The position numbers were made by a program, and so were the translations under genes. Source: Candidatus Moraniibacteriota bacterium (GTDB taxonomy: Bacteria; Patescibacteriota; Minisyncoccia; Moranbacterales; UBA1568). From it: a stretch of DNA of 64,000 bases. Each line of letters begins with the position of its first letter. Position 1 is the first letter of the stretch. A model generated the notes under the pieces. It was given only the letters and a program-made list of their open reading frames with translations. It did no database searches and was not told where the DNA came from. This document shows positions 10,708-20,554 of this stretch, one piece after another. Where the stretch lies: NCBI GenBank assembly GCA_016699425.1, contig CP064975.1, positions 859,957 to 923,956 of the forward strand, read 5' to 3'.

Positions 10708-11782
10708 GTTTGGCCATATAGTCAGCCACGCCTACGAGGAATGCATGGGCCTCTGAAGCGATGGGTACCGGCATATTCACGAGTGCCTGCTTCCCTTCCT
10801 CGATATATCGCAGCGCCAAGGCTTTCGCATGCTCGAGCGCGCCCGTTTCCCGGATGATAATTCGAAACCGTTCGATATCGGCCAGTGTGAGTTCGGCCTT
10901 ACGCTTGAGCAATCCATCAAGCTCTTTCTTCGTCGCCCGGTCGGCATGCTCGAAGACATATGACACAAGGAGTGTGATCTTGCCTTCACGAATGTCAGAA
11001 CCGATCGGTTTTCCAATCCGCTTTTCATCACCATAGATGCCGAGGATATCGTCTTGGATCTGGAAGGCGATACCGACCGGCAACGCGTAGCGGGTCAGCT
11101 CAGCCGCCAGTTCCGGTGTGCCACCCGCGAGCAGCGCGCCGAGATGGAGCGGCCCTTCGACTGTATAGCGCGCGGTTTTCTTCTCATACATCTCGAGGAT
11201 TTCCGTCGATGTCGCCTCACCCCGATACTCGATATAGATATCACGGGCCTGGCCGACAACTGTCTGCGAGACGATTCGTTGCATCCGAGACAACGCCGCA
11301 TACAAGTGCTTTTCTGGAAAGCCCGAGGTAAAGATGATGTCATTCCCCAGTGCAAAGAGCATATCGCCAACAATCAGTGCAATGGAATCCCCGAAGTGTT
11401 CCGGATGCTCTAGGGACAGATACTGCTTCCCCCACGCCCGATAGCGCTCATGCAAGGTCGGCTGACCATGACGGAGCGCATCCCGATCGATGATATCGTC
11501 GTGGATGAGGAGAAAGGTGTGAATGAGCTCGACGGCGACGGCCGTGTTGAGGATGCGCTCCCGGTCCTCGCCCCCCGCCGCGAGATAGCCATAGTACATA
11601 AACGCCGGCCGGAGACGCTTCCCGCCCGCCAAGGTCATCGTCTTCACATGCTGGAGCGCCTGATAGACCAGGGCATCCTCCTGCTTCGTCTCAGCGAGCG
11701 TCGTGTCGAAATACGCCGCGATCTTGGGGTCGAGCCGCGCTTTGAAGTCTCGCAGTGTCTCTTGGATATCCATGTGATTCAC
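10697..11782 (-). CDS. trans-polyprenyl diphosphate synthase (FPP/GGPP synthase family)
   Basis: First and second Asp-rich motifs LIHDDIIDRD and FQIQDDILG. Confidence 0.85.
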   Translation of the reverse strand: MNHMDIQETLRDFKARLDPKIAAYFDTTLAETKQEDALVYQALQHVKTMTLAGGKRLRPAFMYYGYLAAGGEDRERILNTAVAVELIHTFLLIHDDIIDRDALRHGQPTLHERYRAWGKQYLSLEHPEHFGDSIALIVGDMLFALGNDIIFTSGFPEKHLYAALSRMQRIVSQTVVGQARDIYIEYRGEATSTEILEMYEKKTARYTVEGPLHLGALLAGGTPELAAELTRYALPVGIAFQIQDDILGIYGDEKRIGKPIGSDIREGKITLLVSYVFEHADRATKKELDGLLKRKAELTLADIERFRIIIRETGALEHAKALALRYIEEGKQALVNMPVPIASEAHAFLVGVADYMAKREY

Positions 11783-12005
11783 TCTAAAATACGCCCGTCA
11801 TTTGTAACACTATTCCCCGCAGAGTTCAAGAGTCGATCGTATCAGCCACCGTGATCGGTAACGAGCACTGCTAGCGCTATCCCTGACCCTCGATACTCAA
11901 CGGATGACAAAAACAAAAAAGGCTGGCTCTACTCCTACAGTATAACTGAAGCCACCCTGAATTTCAGCCCCGTGTTGATACATCAGAAGCGATTCGTAGT
12001 CACTC

Positions 12006-12740
12006 TCATTTCTCCGGGAAGACAAAATACCCCCGATAACGTTCATAGAGCGCCAAGGTCGCGACGAGATCGCGTGCGTTGTACCGGGCGATTGTCTGGT
12101 ACTTTCCCTCTTTGTAGAGGCCTTGTACATCGTCCCCGGTCACTCCCTGCGCCTTGGGACTTTCGATGCCGAACGCCCTGGTCCACAAATGCAGGCTGCC
12201 CTTCCGCCGCATCACCCCATAGAACGAGAGTTGGTCGAGGAGATCAACATGCTTCGCATTGTACGGCTGATACTGCAGATACCGATTGGCAAGGAGGTTC
12301 TTGGTTGGCTTCACGCCATGCACCGCTGAGCGCACCATGAGAAACGGCACATCGAATTGCCGGCCATTGAAGGTCACAAACGTGTCGTACTTGGTCGCGA
12401 TCTCCCAAAACTTCTCCAGCATCGCTTTTTCCGACAGCGCCTCGAATTTGGCCGAGCCCTCCTCGAAGTCCGTATCATTCGCATCAGCCGGCTGATAGTA
12501 GACCGCCGACTTCTGCCGCTCGGCATCGAGCACACCGATCGCCACGATTTGTCCGGTCAGGGGCGAAAATCCCAGTCCGTCCTCCAAGTCCTTCAAGGCA
12601 GCCTGGTATTCATCTTCGCCACCGCTCTCGCGCTTGATCCAGCGGGTCAGTGATTCCTTCGTCGTCTCATCGAGCGCCGCAAAATCCTCCCCAACGGTTT
12701 CAATATCAAAAATGAGGGTAGCCATACTGATGTAGCTCAA
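12006..12740 (-). CDS. predicted 3'-5' exonuclease, PolB-exonuclease-like (RNase H fold)
   Basis: FDIETVG ... FNGRQFDVPFL ... YNARD acidic motifs typical of COG3298-like exonucleases. Confidence 0.6.
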   Translation of the reverse strand: MSYISMATLIFDIETVGEDFAALDETTKESLTRWIKRESGGEDEYQAALKDLEDGLGFSPLTGQIVAIGVLDAERQKSAVYYQPADANDTDFEEGSAKFEALSEKAMLEKFWEIATKYDTFVTFNGRQFDVPFLMVRSAVHGVKPTKNLLANRYLQYQPYNAKHVDLLDQLSFYGVMRRKGSLHLWTRAFGIESPKAQGVTGDDVQGLYKEGKYQTIARYNARDLVATLALYERYRGYFVFPEK

Positions 12741-12746
12741 ATGAGA

Positions 12747-13535
12747 TTACTTTCCTCCAGTTTCCTTCTTTTCCTTTCTTTGAGGTTTCAACAATAGAAT
12801 TTTCTGTAAAACTGATGCCTTTTCCTGCGGCCGAACGTAAACTTCAGTTAGCACCTCTTTCACAGTCTCCACCAAGAAACGAAATTCATCCTGCGTCCAT
12901 GGCCTCCAGTCGCCTTCGTGTAACTGCTCACTTGTCATCCCTTGGATGTTCGCTACTGCATCGAAATATTCTGGCGGTACGGTCGGATACTCGTTTTTGA
13001 GAATTTTGACGCGATCCCCATAATCAAGTTCAGTGCCTTTATCATTTGTCTTGGAGACCTGCTCAAGTTCGAGAAGCTCATAAATGGCTTTGCGTAGGCA
13101 ACCGGAGGCCCCAACGAGATAGTTCATCTTGGCACAACCCTCCGCCTCGGATATCAATTTCCGAACCTTTTCGTTGATCCTGCTATCAAGAGTGAAAAAG
13201 GTTGTCGGCTGATGGTAAAAAAATAAGCTATCTAAATCAGGGGCATTCGCATTGGAGAGATAAGTATTATTCCCTTCCTCATCCTCGTACTTATAGAATC
13301 TGCTGTTTGAAAGTTCAATAAGATGGTCAGATAAATGCAGAGATGTTTGTTTACAAGAATCACCACCGCAAGTGATTCTATAACCGTAAACTACTCTATC
13401 ATTTGACCAGTCAAAACCAAATGAGCCAACAACTTGGTAAGTTATTGATTTCCTATTACAAAATGGACAATTATACTTCTCTCTATCGATGAAGTACTTT
13501 CGGTCCAAATGCGATTGATCGTACGATTCGCTCAT
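12747..13535 (-). CDS. zinc-ribbon protein with possible DUF4145-like C-terminal domain; AT-rich, likely acquired
   Basis: CPFCNRKS...CGGDSC Cys cluster; GCLRKAIYELLELE helix resembling DUF4145; GC clearly lower than flanking genes; 6-nt gap to exonuclease gene. Confidence 0.5.
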   Translation of the reverse strand: MSESYDQSHLDRKYFIDREKYNCPFCNRKSITYQVVGSFGFDWSNDRVVYGYRITCGGDSCKQTSLHLSDHLIELSNSRFYKYEDEEGNNTYLSNANAPDLDSLFFYHQPTTFFTLDSRINEKVRKLISEAEGCAKMNYLVGASGCLRKAIYELLELEQVSKTNDKGTELDYGDRVKILKNEYPTVPPEYFDAVANIQGMTSEQLHEGDWRPWTQDEFRFLVETVKEVLTEVYVRPQEKASVLQKILLLKPQRKEKKETGGK

Positions 13536-13558
13536 TACCTACTTGTACAAAAAATTGT

Positions 13559-13628
13559 AGCCCCAAGGGGAATCGAACCCCTGTTTCTTGGATGAGAACC
13601 AAGTGTCCTAGCCGCTAGACGATGGGGC
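13559..13628 (-). tRNA. tRNA-Glu (CTC)
   Basis: Manual fold: anticodon loop ctTTCTCAt on reverse complement, GGTTCGATTCC T-arm. Confidence 0.8.
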
Positions 13629-13702
13629 CCAAAAACAGTGATTAGCTGTTAGCTATTAGCTTTTAGATTAACTACAAGCTACGAGCTACAAGCTAGTTTC
13701 TG

Positions 13703-13773
13703 CAGGGGCGGGGGGAATCGAACCCTCACTAACGGTTTTGGAGACCGTTGTACTACCACTATACGACGCCCCT
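13703..13773 (-). tRNA. tRNA-Trp (CCA)
   Basis: AGGGGCG acceptor, anticodon loop CTCCAAA, close match to canonical tRNA-Trp. Confidence 0.85.
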
Positions 13774-13832
13774 ATGACACCACAAACACTCCCCCAAGTA
13801 TACAACGCCCTATCTATCTCCCGAAGAGGACA

Positions 13833-13994
13833 TTACTTTGATTCGTTGTGGACGGTGTTCTTGCGGCAAAAGCGGCAGTACTTGGAAAGTGAGAGTTTCT
13901 CCTTCACTTTCTTCTTGTTGCGCGACGTCTCGCGCGAGATGCGCTGGCACTCGCTACACTTCAGCTTGGCCATGTTGTCCTTGATCTTGCCCAT
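13833..13994 (-). CDS. rpmG: 50S ribosomal protein L33 (53 aa, or 46 aa from MAKLKC; below ORF-track cutoff)
   Basis: Manual translation MGKIKDNMAKLKCSECQRISRETSRNKKKVKEKLSLSKYCRFCRKNTVHNESK; TTGACG-17-TAGAGT promoter upstream. Confidence 0.85.
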   Translation of the reverse strand: MGKIKDNMAKLKCSECQRISRETSRNKKKVKEKLSLSKYCRFCRKNTVHNESK

Positions 13995-14285
13995 ACTGGT
14001 TCGCTCGTTTACTTCAAAATAATGGTTGCACTCTACGCGAAAAACCTCGCGCCGTCAATCTTTCCTGATTTCTTGACCCGCCTCGACTCGCTTCGCTTGT
14101 CGATGCGAGGCGGGCCGGGATTTCACCTCGCTTCACTCGTTGAGAACCCCTCGGTTCTCAACGGACCGAAGTCCTGTTCTCTGCTCACGGGAAAACTCCC
14201 GTTTTCCCAACCCCTTTCCCGTTCAAACTATCCAGTTTAATGTCTCTGCACTTTATACCTAATCTGCTCATCACCATATTCTGTG

Positions 14286-14348
<63 letters not shown>

Positions 14349-14358
<10 letters not shown>

Positions 14359-14789
14359 AAATGTTCTCGAATCTTCGCCACTATTTTCTCCTGCATTTCA
14401 TCACTCACTTCTCGGTCCAAGTCCTCAAGCAAAACATAATGATGGCCGAAGTTTGGATCTTTAAATACTTCACCCCCGAACTCAACCTTGTGATTATACC
14501 GGGGTTTGACGTGCCAGTGAACATGCGGCTTCGGATCTGGCTGTTGATACGCATTATTCATGAGGCAGGACCAGTTGAACATCGTCGCATCAAAGGCACT
14601 CCTGAGGGCTGCCTCGAACCTCTTTACGAGCTTTAGAAAATCCAATAGCTCATCCTCAGTCACATCTGCCAAGTCTCCGCAGGGGCTTCTTTTCAAAACA
14701 ACAATGCAGTAACCAAGATACGTCTGCTCTTCGGCCAAGACCACGAGCCAATGTTTCGTCTCAAAAACTGGTTTCTTGTTCGGTTGCAT
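14349..14789 (-). CDS. HIT-family (histidine triad) hydrolase; stop overlaps 5' end of tRNA-Thr
   Basis: HVHWHVKPR histidine-triad motif. Confidence 0.75.
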
Positions 14790-15019
14790 TCGATTTCTTT
14801 CTTGAAACTGCGTAGGGAGGCCTGCCGGCAGGGGGAGATTCGGTCACGAATATTTTTCCTGACGGAAAAATTTCTCGACCCCGCCTCGCGGTACTCGCCT
14901 TGCCCTGTCGGGCAAACTCGTACAGCGCTCCGGCTTTCTCATCCCTCTCGGAAGCCAAGCAGTTGGCTTCCTCCTACCCAAACGAAATCAATTCCCCTAC
15001 GGGGATTCATTTCGTTTTG

Positions 15020-15102
15020 TGGGTAGGGAGGGATTCGAACCCCCGAAGCCCGAAGGCGACAGATTTACAGTCTGTTGTGATAGACCACTCCACCACCTAC
15101 CC
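15020..15102 (-). tRNA. tRNA-Tyr (GTA), long variable arm
   Basis: anticodon loop CTGTAAA, long extra arm, GGTTCGAATCC. Confidence 0.85.
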
Positions 15103-15199
15103 ATCTCACTAACGTACAACCAACAACGTATAACCTCTAACAAGCATGCCCGACACACAAGTGTTCGGTTGTAGATTGTTTGTTACCAGTTAATTCCTG

Positions 15200-15272
15200 A
15201 GCCGAAGGCCGGGCTCGAACCGGCGACCCACGGTTTACAAAACCGTTGCTCTACCAACTGAGCTACTTCGGC
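15200..15272 (-). tRNA. tRNA-Thr (TGT)
   Basis: GCCGAAGTAGCTCAGTTGGTAGAGC, anticodon loop TTTGTAA. Confidence 0.85.
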
Positions 15273-15339
15273 ATCCGAACGGCTCCGAAAGAGCACCTCT
15301 GACGCAACTTCCGTATCTTAGCCAAGAATGCACAACCAA

Positions 15340-16143
15340 TCAACTGTGGCTCTTCTCCTTCTGAACGAGCAGCCGCTCGAGACGGCGGACCTTCTCCTTC
15401 ACTTCCCGGTTCAGAGGCGACAGTTTGATCACTTGACGATAGCACGCCTTCGCATCAGAGAGATTGTCGCCACCCATATAAAAGTCGCCGAGCTCCTCAT
15501 ACGCCGGAGCGTCTTTCGGATTTTTGGCGATCCGATCGATGAGCTCCTCTTCTGACAGACGCTTCTCACCAGTGGCTGTCACACGCCGCCGCCGGAAGAC
15601 ACGAACGGTCTCTTCACTCTTTGAGACGAGTGAATCACCGAAGTTTTTCCCTGCTTCCCGAATCCGTCCGGCTTTCTCGCGGGCGACATCCGCCAACGAT
15701 TCCTCTTTTGACACCGACTTCACGGCCACCCGATCGGCCCCGTTCGGGATCGGCAACGTGGCTTCCGACGCTGGCATCACCCCCTCTTGGTCCCGGCCAT
15801 GACGGCGCTGCCAACGATCCCAAACGCGGCTCTTTTCCGCCGCCAGCGAAGCCGCTTCATGGGTCTGACGCATCTTTTCGCGGCGCTCCCGGAGCGCTCC
15901 AGCGATCTGATTGAAGCGATTGTGAAACTTCAGCGAGAGGAGATTGAGTCGCTTGGTCAGCTTTTCCAGGATACGTAGCCCGGTTTCCTCTCGGATGAAC
16001 AGGAAGCGTCGCGGCGGCGGTATCAACTCATCCTGCGCCATCCGCCCGAGCACCCCAGGGTCGCCCGATTTCTTCGACAGAAACCAAAAGAGGAGCGCGA
16101 GGCTCGAGATGAAGATGATGGGCGGAATGACGAGATACCACAT
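15340..16143 (-). CDS. membrane-anchored protein with C-terminal TPR-like repeat
   Basis: N-terminal TM; C-terminal AYEELGDFYMGGDNLSDAKACYRQVIKLSP TPR-like. Confidence 0.55.
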   Translation of the reverse strand: MWYLVIPPIIFISSLALLFWFLSKKSGDPGVLGRMAQDELIPPPRRFLFIREETGLRILEKLTKRLNLLSLKFHNRFNQIAGALRERREKMRQTHEAASLAAEKSRVWDRWQRRHGRDQEGVMPASEATLPIPNGADRVAVKSVSKEESLADVAREKAGRIREAGKNFGDSLVSKSEETVRVFRRRRVTATGEKRLSEEELIDRIAKNPKDAPAYEELGDFYMGGDNLSDAKACYRQVIKLSPLNREVKEKVRRLERLLVQKEKSHS

Positions 16144-16176
16144 GGCGAAGGGCTTGGCCCGCGGCCGGGCGGAAAT

Positions 16177-16761
16177 TTATATTTCGAACCGAGTGAAACG
16201 ACCAATCTGAATATTCTCTCCGATACGATGAATCTTCTCCGTGATGAGTGCCTGGACCGTCTTGGTCGAGTCCTTCACGAACGGCTGTGTGAGGAGCGCT
16301 TGTTCTTCGCGGAACTTTTTCTCCTTGCCGGCGAGGATCTTCAGAGCGATCGCGGCGGGCTTTCCCTCGGCGGCCACCTGCTCCTCCCAGAGGGTGCGTT
16401 CGCTAGCGACTGTTTCCGCCGGCACGTCTTCGGGGTGGATATAGCCAGGTGCCATCGCCGTCACATGCATCGCGAGATCGTGAGCGAGCTCTTGGAATTC
16501 CTCGTTCCGACCGACGAAATCCGTCTCACAGAGGAGTGTAAGGAGTGTACCGACGCGCTTGTTCGAGTGGATATACGAGACGACGATCCCCTCCGCTGCG
16601 GTCCGGCCTGTCTTCTTCAGAGCCTTAGCTTCCCCGCGCTTTTTGAGGATCTCGATTGCCTTTGCCTCGTCGCCATTGGCTTCATCCAGGGCTTTCTTCA
16701 CTTCGACGATACCTCCGCCTGTCTTTTCGCGCAGGGCTTTGACTTGTTCCATGGTACTCAT
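16177..16761 (-). CDS. tsf: elongation factor Ts (short form)
   Basis: N-terminal UBA-like VKALREKTGGGIVEVKKAL; TLLTLLCETDFVGRNEEF. Confidence 0.9.
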   Translation of the reverse strand: MSTMEQVKALREKTGGGIVEVKKALDEANGDEAKAIEILKKRGEAKALKKTGRTAAEGIVVSYIHSNKRVGTLLTLLCETDFVGRNEEFQELAHDLAMHVTAMAPGYIHPEDVPAETVASERTLWEEQVAAEGKPAAIALKILAGKEKKFREEQALLTQPFVKDSTKTVQALITEKIHRIGENIQIGRFTRFEI

Positions 16762-16806
16762 AGTGCTTCTTTTTTTATTCTAGAAGAAAACGGAGAAACT
16801 CGGAAA

Positions 16807-17673
16807 TTACGCCGGCTGTTTCACGGCTGTTTCTGGCTTCACTGGGGCAGATGCGGCTTTCTCAGAAGCTTTTTCAGCCGCCTTCTCGGCTGCCAGAGCA
16901 GCTTTCTGTCCGACCCCACGTTCCACTGCCCGACCGAGGAGGCCGAGGAGGAGCCGGAGTGACGAGAGCGCATCGTCGTTCCCTGGCACCGGATAGTCGA
17001 TGGAGCTCGGATCAGCATTGGTGTCGACGATCGCAACGAGCGGCACACCGAGACGTGTCGCTTCCTTGATGACCAGGCCCGCTTCCTTGGCGTCCGCGAT
17101 AACAATGGCGCCTGGGAGCTCCTGCATATTCCGAAGGCCGCCGACTTTGTGTTCCAGCTTCTCGAGCTCTTCGCTCTTCCGCTGTTGCTCAAATTTGGTG
17201 TACTTCTTGAATTCGCCGGCTGCGAAACTCGCTTCGTTTTCGACGAGGTACTTCGCCCGGCCGCGGATCTGCGCATAGTTCGTGAGCGTCCCACCGAGCC
17301 ATCGATCGATGACATAGGGCATCCCGATCCGCTTGGCGAGGGACTTCACCGCATCATGCGTCTGCTTCTTCACCCCGACAAAGAGGACCGGCTTGCCGCT
17401 CTTCGCGACACTCGTGAGGAACTCTGAGGCCCGGTCGAGACACTCCTTCGTCTTTTCCAGATTCAAGATATTGATATTCTTCCGGGTGGTGAAGATATAC
17501 TCCTCCATGCGCGGATGACGGCGGCTCTTCAGGTGACCGAAGTGCACGCCAGCCTTGAGCAGACTCTCGAGTGAGTCATCCACCCGGCTGAAATCAAACT
17601 CGGCAAAATACTCCGCCGCTCCTTCGAGAACGAGAGGCGTTTCGGCCTTGGGGGCCGCTGTGACATCTGACAT
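16807..17673 (-). CDS. rpsB: 30S ribosomal protein S2
   Basis: LLKAGVHFGHLKSRRHPRM ... VLFVGVKKQ ... IVDTNADP. Confidence 0.94.
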   Translation of the reverse strand: MSDVTAAPKAETPLVLEGAAEYFAEFDFSRVDDSLESLLKAGVHFGHLKSRRHPRMEEYIFTTRKNINILNLEKTKECLDRASEFLTSVAKSGKPVLFVGVKKQTHDAVKSLAKRIGMPYVIDRWLGGTLTNYAQIRGRAKYLVENEASFAAGEFKKYTKFEQQRKSEELEKLEHKVGGLRNMQELPGAIVIADAKEAGLVIKEATRLGVPLVAIVDTNADPSSIDYPVPGNDDALSSLRLLLGLLGRAVERGVGQKAALAAEKAAEKASEKAASAPVKPETAVKQPA

Positions 17674-17827
17674 TGCTTTATCCTTAGATTATTTACCCGC
17701 ATCACCGACCTGCCAGCATTATCTCTTGAGACAATTCGAGACCGGTCATCGATACGTTAGCTCCGTCAAAGAAGAAGTACTGTCTGTGACGGGGCATGCC
17801 TCTATCTTCAGGAGTGATTCGCCCAGA

Positions 17828-17859
17828 CCCCTCACCTTTTTCCAGAAAAAGGTGAGGGG
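17828..17859. promoter_or_regulatory. perfect 14-bp-arm palindrome in rpsB/rpmE divergent leader region
   Basis: cccctcaccttttt-ccag-aaaaaggtgagggg. Confidence 0.5.
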
Positions 17860-18025
17860 CAGGAAAGGGCGCCCTGACAGATATGTGTGATTCGCATACT
17901 GGCCCCCAATCTGACCGAGAGGAGGCCGTAGCAAAGCGCTCCCAGGATACGTCAGCAAACGAGACTTGTCAATTTCGAAGCCGCATGATAGATTCAGTTG
18001 TACATATTTCTCTCTGGCCACATCT

Positions 18026-18379
18026 ATGAAAACAGGAATTCACCCCACCTATCACGAAAAAGTTCAAGTCACCTGCGTCTGTGGTGCCAAGTTCGAGACG
18101 GGTTCGACCAATACCGTGATCCATACGGAAATCTGCTCGCAGTGCCATCCGTTCTACACCGGCAAGAAGAAGTTCATCGATGCCGGTGGACGAGTCGATC
18201 GCTTCAAGAAGCTCGCCGAGCGCGTCGAAAAGACCAAGGCCACCCACACCGCCCTGGCCGAAAAGAAAGCCGCCAAAGCAGCAGCTGACAAGAAGGCTGC
18301 TGACAAGGCCGAAAAAGAGACTCGCGCCGCTGAAGCCGTGCGAGCTGCCAAGGCCGCCAAGGCTGCTGAGGCCGCTTAG
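18026..18379 (+). CDS. rpmE: 50S ribosomal protein L31 with Ala/Lys-rich C-terminal extension
   Basis: [28 protein letters not shown] ... [13 protein letters not shown]; extension [19 protein letters not shown]. Confidence 0.85.
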   Translation: MKTGIHPTYHEKVQVTCVCGAKFETGSTNTVIHTEICSQCHPFYTGKKKFIDAGGRVDRFKKLAERVEKTKATHTALAEKKAAKAAADKKAADKAEKETRAAEAVRAAKAAKAAEAA

Positions 18380-18584
18380 CTCAAAACAATCCGTGCACAT
18401 TCTCCTGTTGTGAAGTAAGGCCGCTTGCCCGAAACACTTCGCAGAGCGATGTGGACGGGTTTTTTGTTTGCAGAGGAGGGAGAAAGAGGATAGGCTAACC
18501 GAAGAAGTTATTTGTAAAAATAAAAGGAACCCCAAGCGCGTGTTGCATGCGTAGGGGTTCAGGCAAAGACATGGCCTCCCGCTG

Positions 18585-18857
18585 CTAGACGGTGTCATTG
18601 TCCAGCAGGATAACCACTTTCTCACCTCGCCGGAGGGAAATCTCTTGGCTCTTAACATTGATGACGGGAGTATCTTCCCCTTCCCTGCTTGTGAGGGTCA
18701 AAGTACTCCCGACCTCCCCTGCCATAAAGAGGCACTTCTTATAGACATTGGTGGGCAGGATATAGGCCGCTCTAGTCTTCGTGGACGGCACCACCACAAA
18801 ATAGAATGGTACATCCACCGGAATTTCATTGAGGGTCAATAGTTTAACGGTTGGCAT
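18585..18857 (-). CDS. small hypothetical protein (90 aa) with AGGAG RBS
   Basis: MPTVKLL start preceded by taggagaccgaga; upstream part of track ORF 18585..19163 rejected. Confidence 0.5.
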   Translation of the reverse strand: MPTVKLLTLNEIPVDVPFYFVVVPSTKTRAAYILPTNVYKKCLFMAGEVGSTLTLTSREGEDTPVINVKSQEISLRRGEKVVILLDNDTV

Positions 18858-18996
18858 TCTCGGTCTCCTAATACAATGATTGGATGGCGGGGTAGAAACT
18901 AATTGGGAAAGAAAAGTCGAAAAATCTTGACCGCTCATGGTAGCATAAGATGCGTGCGAAGTCAATCGTATGATACAGCTCTGATAAGCCACAAAT

Positions 18997-20097
18997 ATGA
19001 AAGATCTGATCGCGAAAATTGAATCAGAGGTACGGGAAATCGATGCTGCCCTGACGGCACCGGCGACTTTGAACTCGCCCGAGCGGCTCATGACCCTGGG
19101 CCGGCGCAAAGCCGAGCTGGATGTAATCATGGAACGAATCAATCGGCTCAAGGCAATCGACAAGAGTCTGAGGGAAAATGCCCAATTAACCCAGATAGAT
19201 ACTCAGACAGAGTCGGACGATGAATTGAAGGCCATGGCGCTCGAAGAAAACATCGCCCTTGCGAAGGAAAAAGACGCGCTGGAAACCGAACTGAAGTACC
19301 TCCTCCTCCCCAAAGACAAGAACGACGCCAAGGACATCATCGTCGAAATCCGGGCCGGCGCGGGTGGCGACGAGGCGAGCCTCTTTGCGGCCGAGCTCTT
19401 TCGCATGTATGCGCGCTATGCCGAACTGATGGGGTGGCAGACGACCCTCCTCGATAGCCATGCGAGTGAAGTCGGCGGCTACAAGGAAGTCACTTTTGAA
19501 GTGAATCGCGGCCGAAGTGCAACCTCCGTTTACCAGAAATTCAAATACGAATCCGGCGTGCACCGCGTCCAGCGCATCCCCGAGACGGAAAAAATGGGCC
19601 GGGTCCACACCTCGACCGTGACCGTCGCCGTCCTGCCCCAAGTCGATGACATCGAGATCGTCGTACGACCCGAGGATTTGCGTATCGATACTTTTTGTTC
19701 CTCTGGCCCCGGTGGTCAGTCGGTGAATACGACCTACAGTGCAGTCCGGATCACCCACCTCCCGACGAATCTGGTCGTCAGTTGCCAAGATGAGAAGTCC
19801 CAGATAAAGAACAAAGACAAGGCCATGAAGGTCCTCCGCGCTCGACTCTGGGAGGCCGAGGAGGAGCGCCAGCGCAAGGAACAGGGTGACGCGCGCAACA
19901 GCCAGATCGGCAATGGCGACCGCAGCGAGAAAATCCGCACCTACAATTTCCCCCAGGACCGCATCACCGATCACCGGGTCAAGGAGAATTGGAGCAATAT
20001 CCCCGGCATCCTCGCTGGCAGCCTGGGCCCCATCCTCGACCTGCTCGAGACCGAAGACATGCGACTGAAGCTCGAAGCCGAAGGGAAGAAAGGGTAA
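18997..20097 (+). CDS. prfA: peptide chain release factor 1
   Basis: GGQ motif ([11 protein letters not shown]), PET tripeptide in the PxT position, RF1-type overall. Confidence 0.92.
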   Translation: MKDLIAKIESEVREIDAALTAPATLNSPERLMTLGRRKAELDVIMERINRLKAIDKSLRENAQLTQIDTQTESDDELKAMALEENIALAKEKDALETELKYLLLPKDKNDAKDIIVEIRAGAGGDEASLFAAELFRMYARYAELMGWQTTLLDSHASEVGGYKEVTFEVNRGRSATSVYQKFKYESGVHRVQRIPETEKMGRVHTSTVTVAVLPQVDDIEIVVRPEDLRIDTFCSSGPGGQSVNTTYSAVRITHLPTNLVVSCQDEKSQIKNKDKAMKVLRARLWEAEEERQRKEQGDARNSQIGNGDRSEKIRTYNFPQDRITDHRVKENWSNIPGILAGSLGPILDLLETEDMRLKLEAEGKKG

Positions 20098-20208
20098 AAA
20101 TACTGAAAACGGTACCCTTCGACTTTGCTCAGGGTGGCCGCAAAGAGCGGCCAAAATGATTCAAGGCAGCCTGCGTAACACGCAAACTGCCTTGGGAAAC
20201 AGTGTCGA

Positions 20209-20499
20209 TCAAGGGGTTCGGGGGGTTCGAATGGCATTCAGTATGCCCCACACCACCCGGCCAGCAGCAAGGGCCGCGAGGAGCAAGAACATAAGCGCTG
20301 CAAGCAGCTCCCGCACGCTTGCCCCAGAAGAAGTATGTATGGACAATGTGACTGCCCACTGGGAAACACCTAGAAATAAGACTGTGAGGAATGCCGCCAC
20401 CAGCGTGAATGCGTCTGACATCGTGAAATTGATGAGGGGCGGCGGATTACCTGTTTTGTTTTCTACTTCTGACATTTGAAGTCCTCCAAGTAGGGGCAC
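20209..20499 (-). CDS. small membrane protein, hypothetical
   Basis: Two hydrophobic helices; ORF only. Confidence 0.3.
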   Translation of the reverse strand: MPLLGGLQMSEVENKTGNPPPLINFTMSDAFTLVAAFLTVLFLGVSQWAVTLSIHTSSGASVRELLAALMFLLLAALAAGRVVWGILNAIRTPRTP

Positions 20500-20554
20500 T
20501 GCTGGTTAAATGGGAACGAACGACAACACAAGAAACTAGCACAATACTCGATAA

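Noticed and set aside
13536-14285. Expected tuf, secE and nusG genes around the tRNA Thr-Tyr-Thr-Trp cluster
   Set aside because: No ORF with GTPase or SecE/NusG motifs was found in any frame. They are presumably located elsewhere in the genome.
20100-20160. Hairpin ggccgcaaagagcggcc after prfA as a terminator
   Set aside because: It is followed by an A-run on the plus strand and preceded by a T-run on the minus strand, so it fits neither orientation cleanly.
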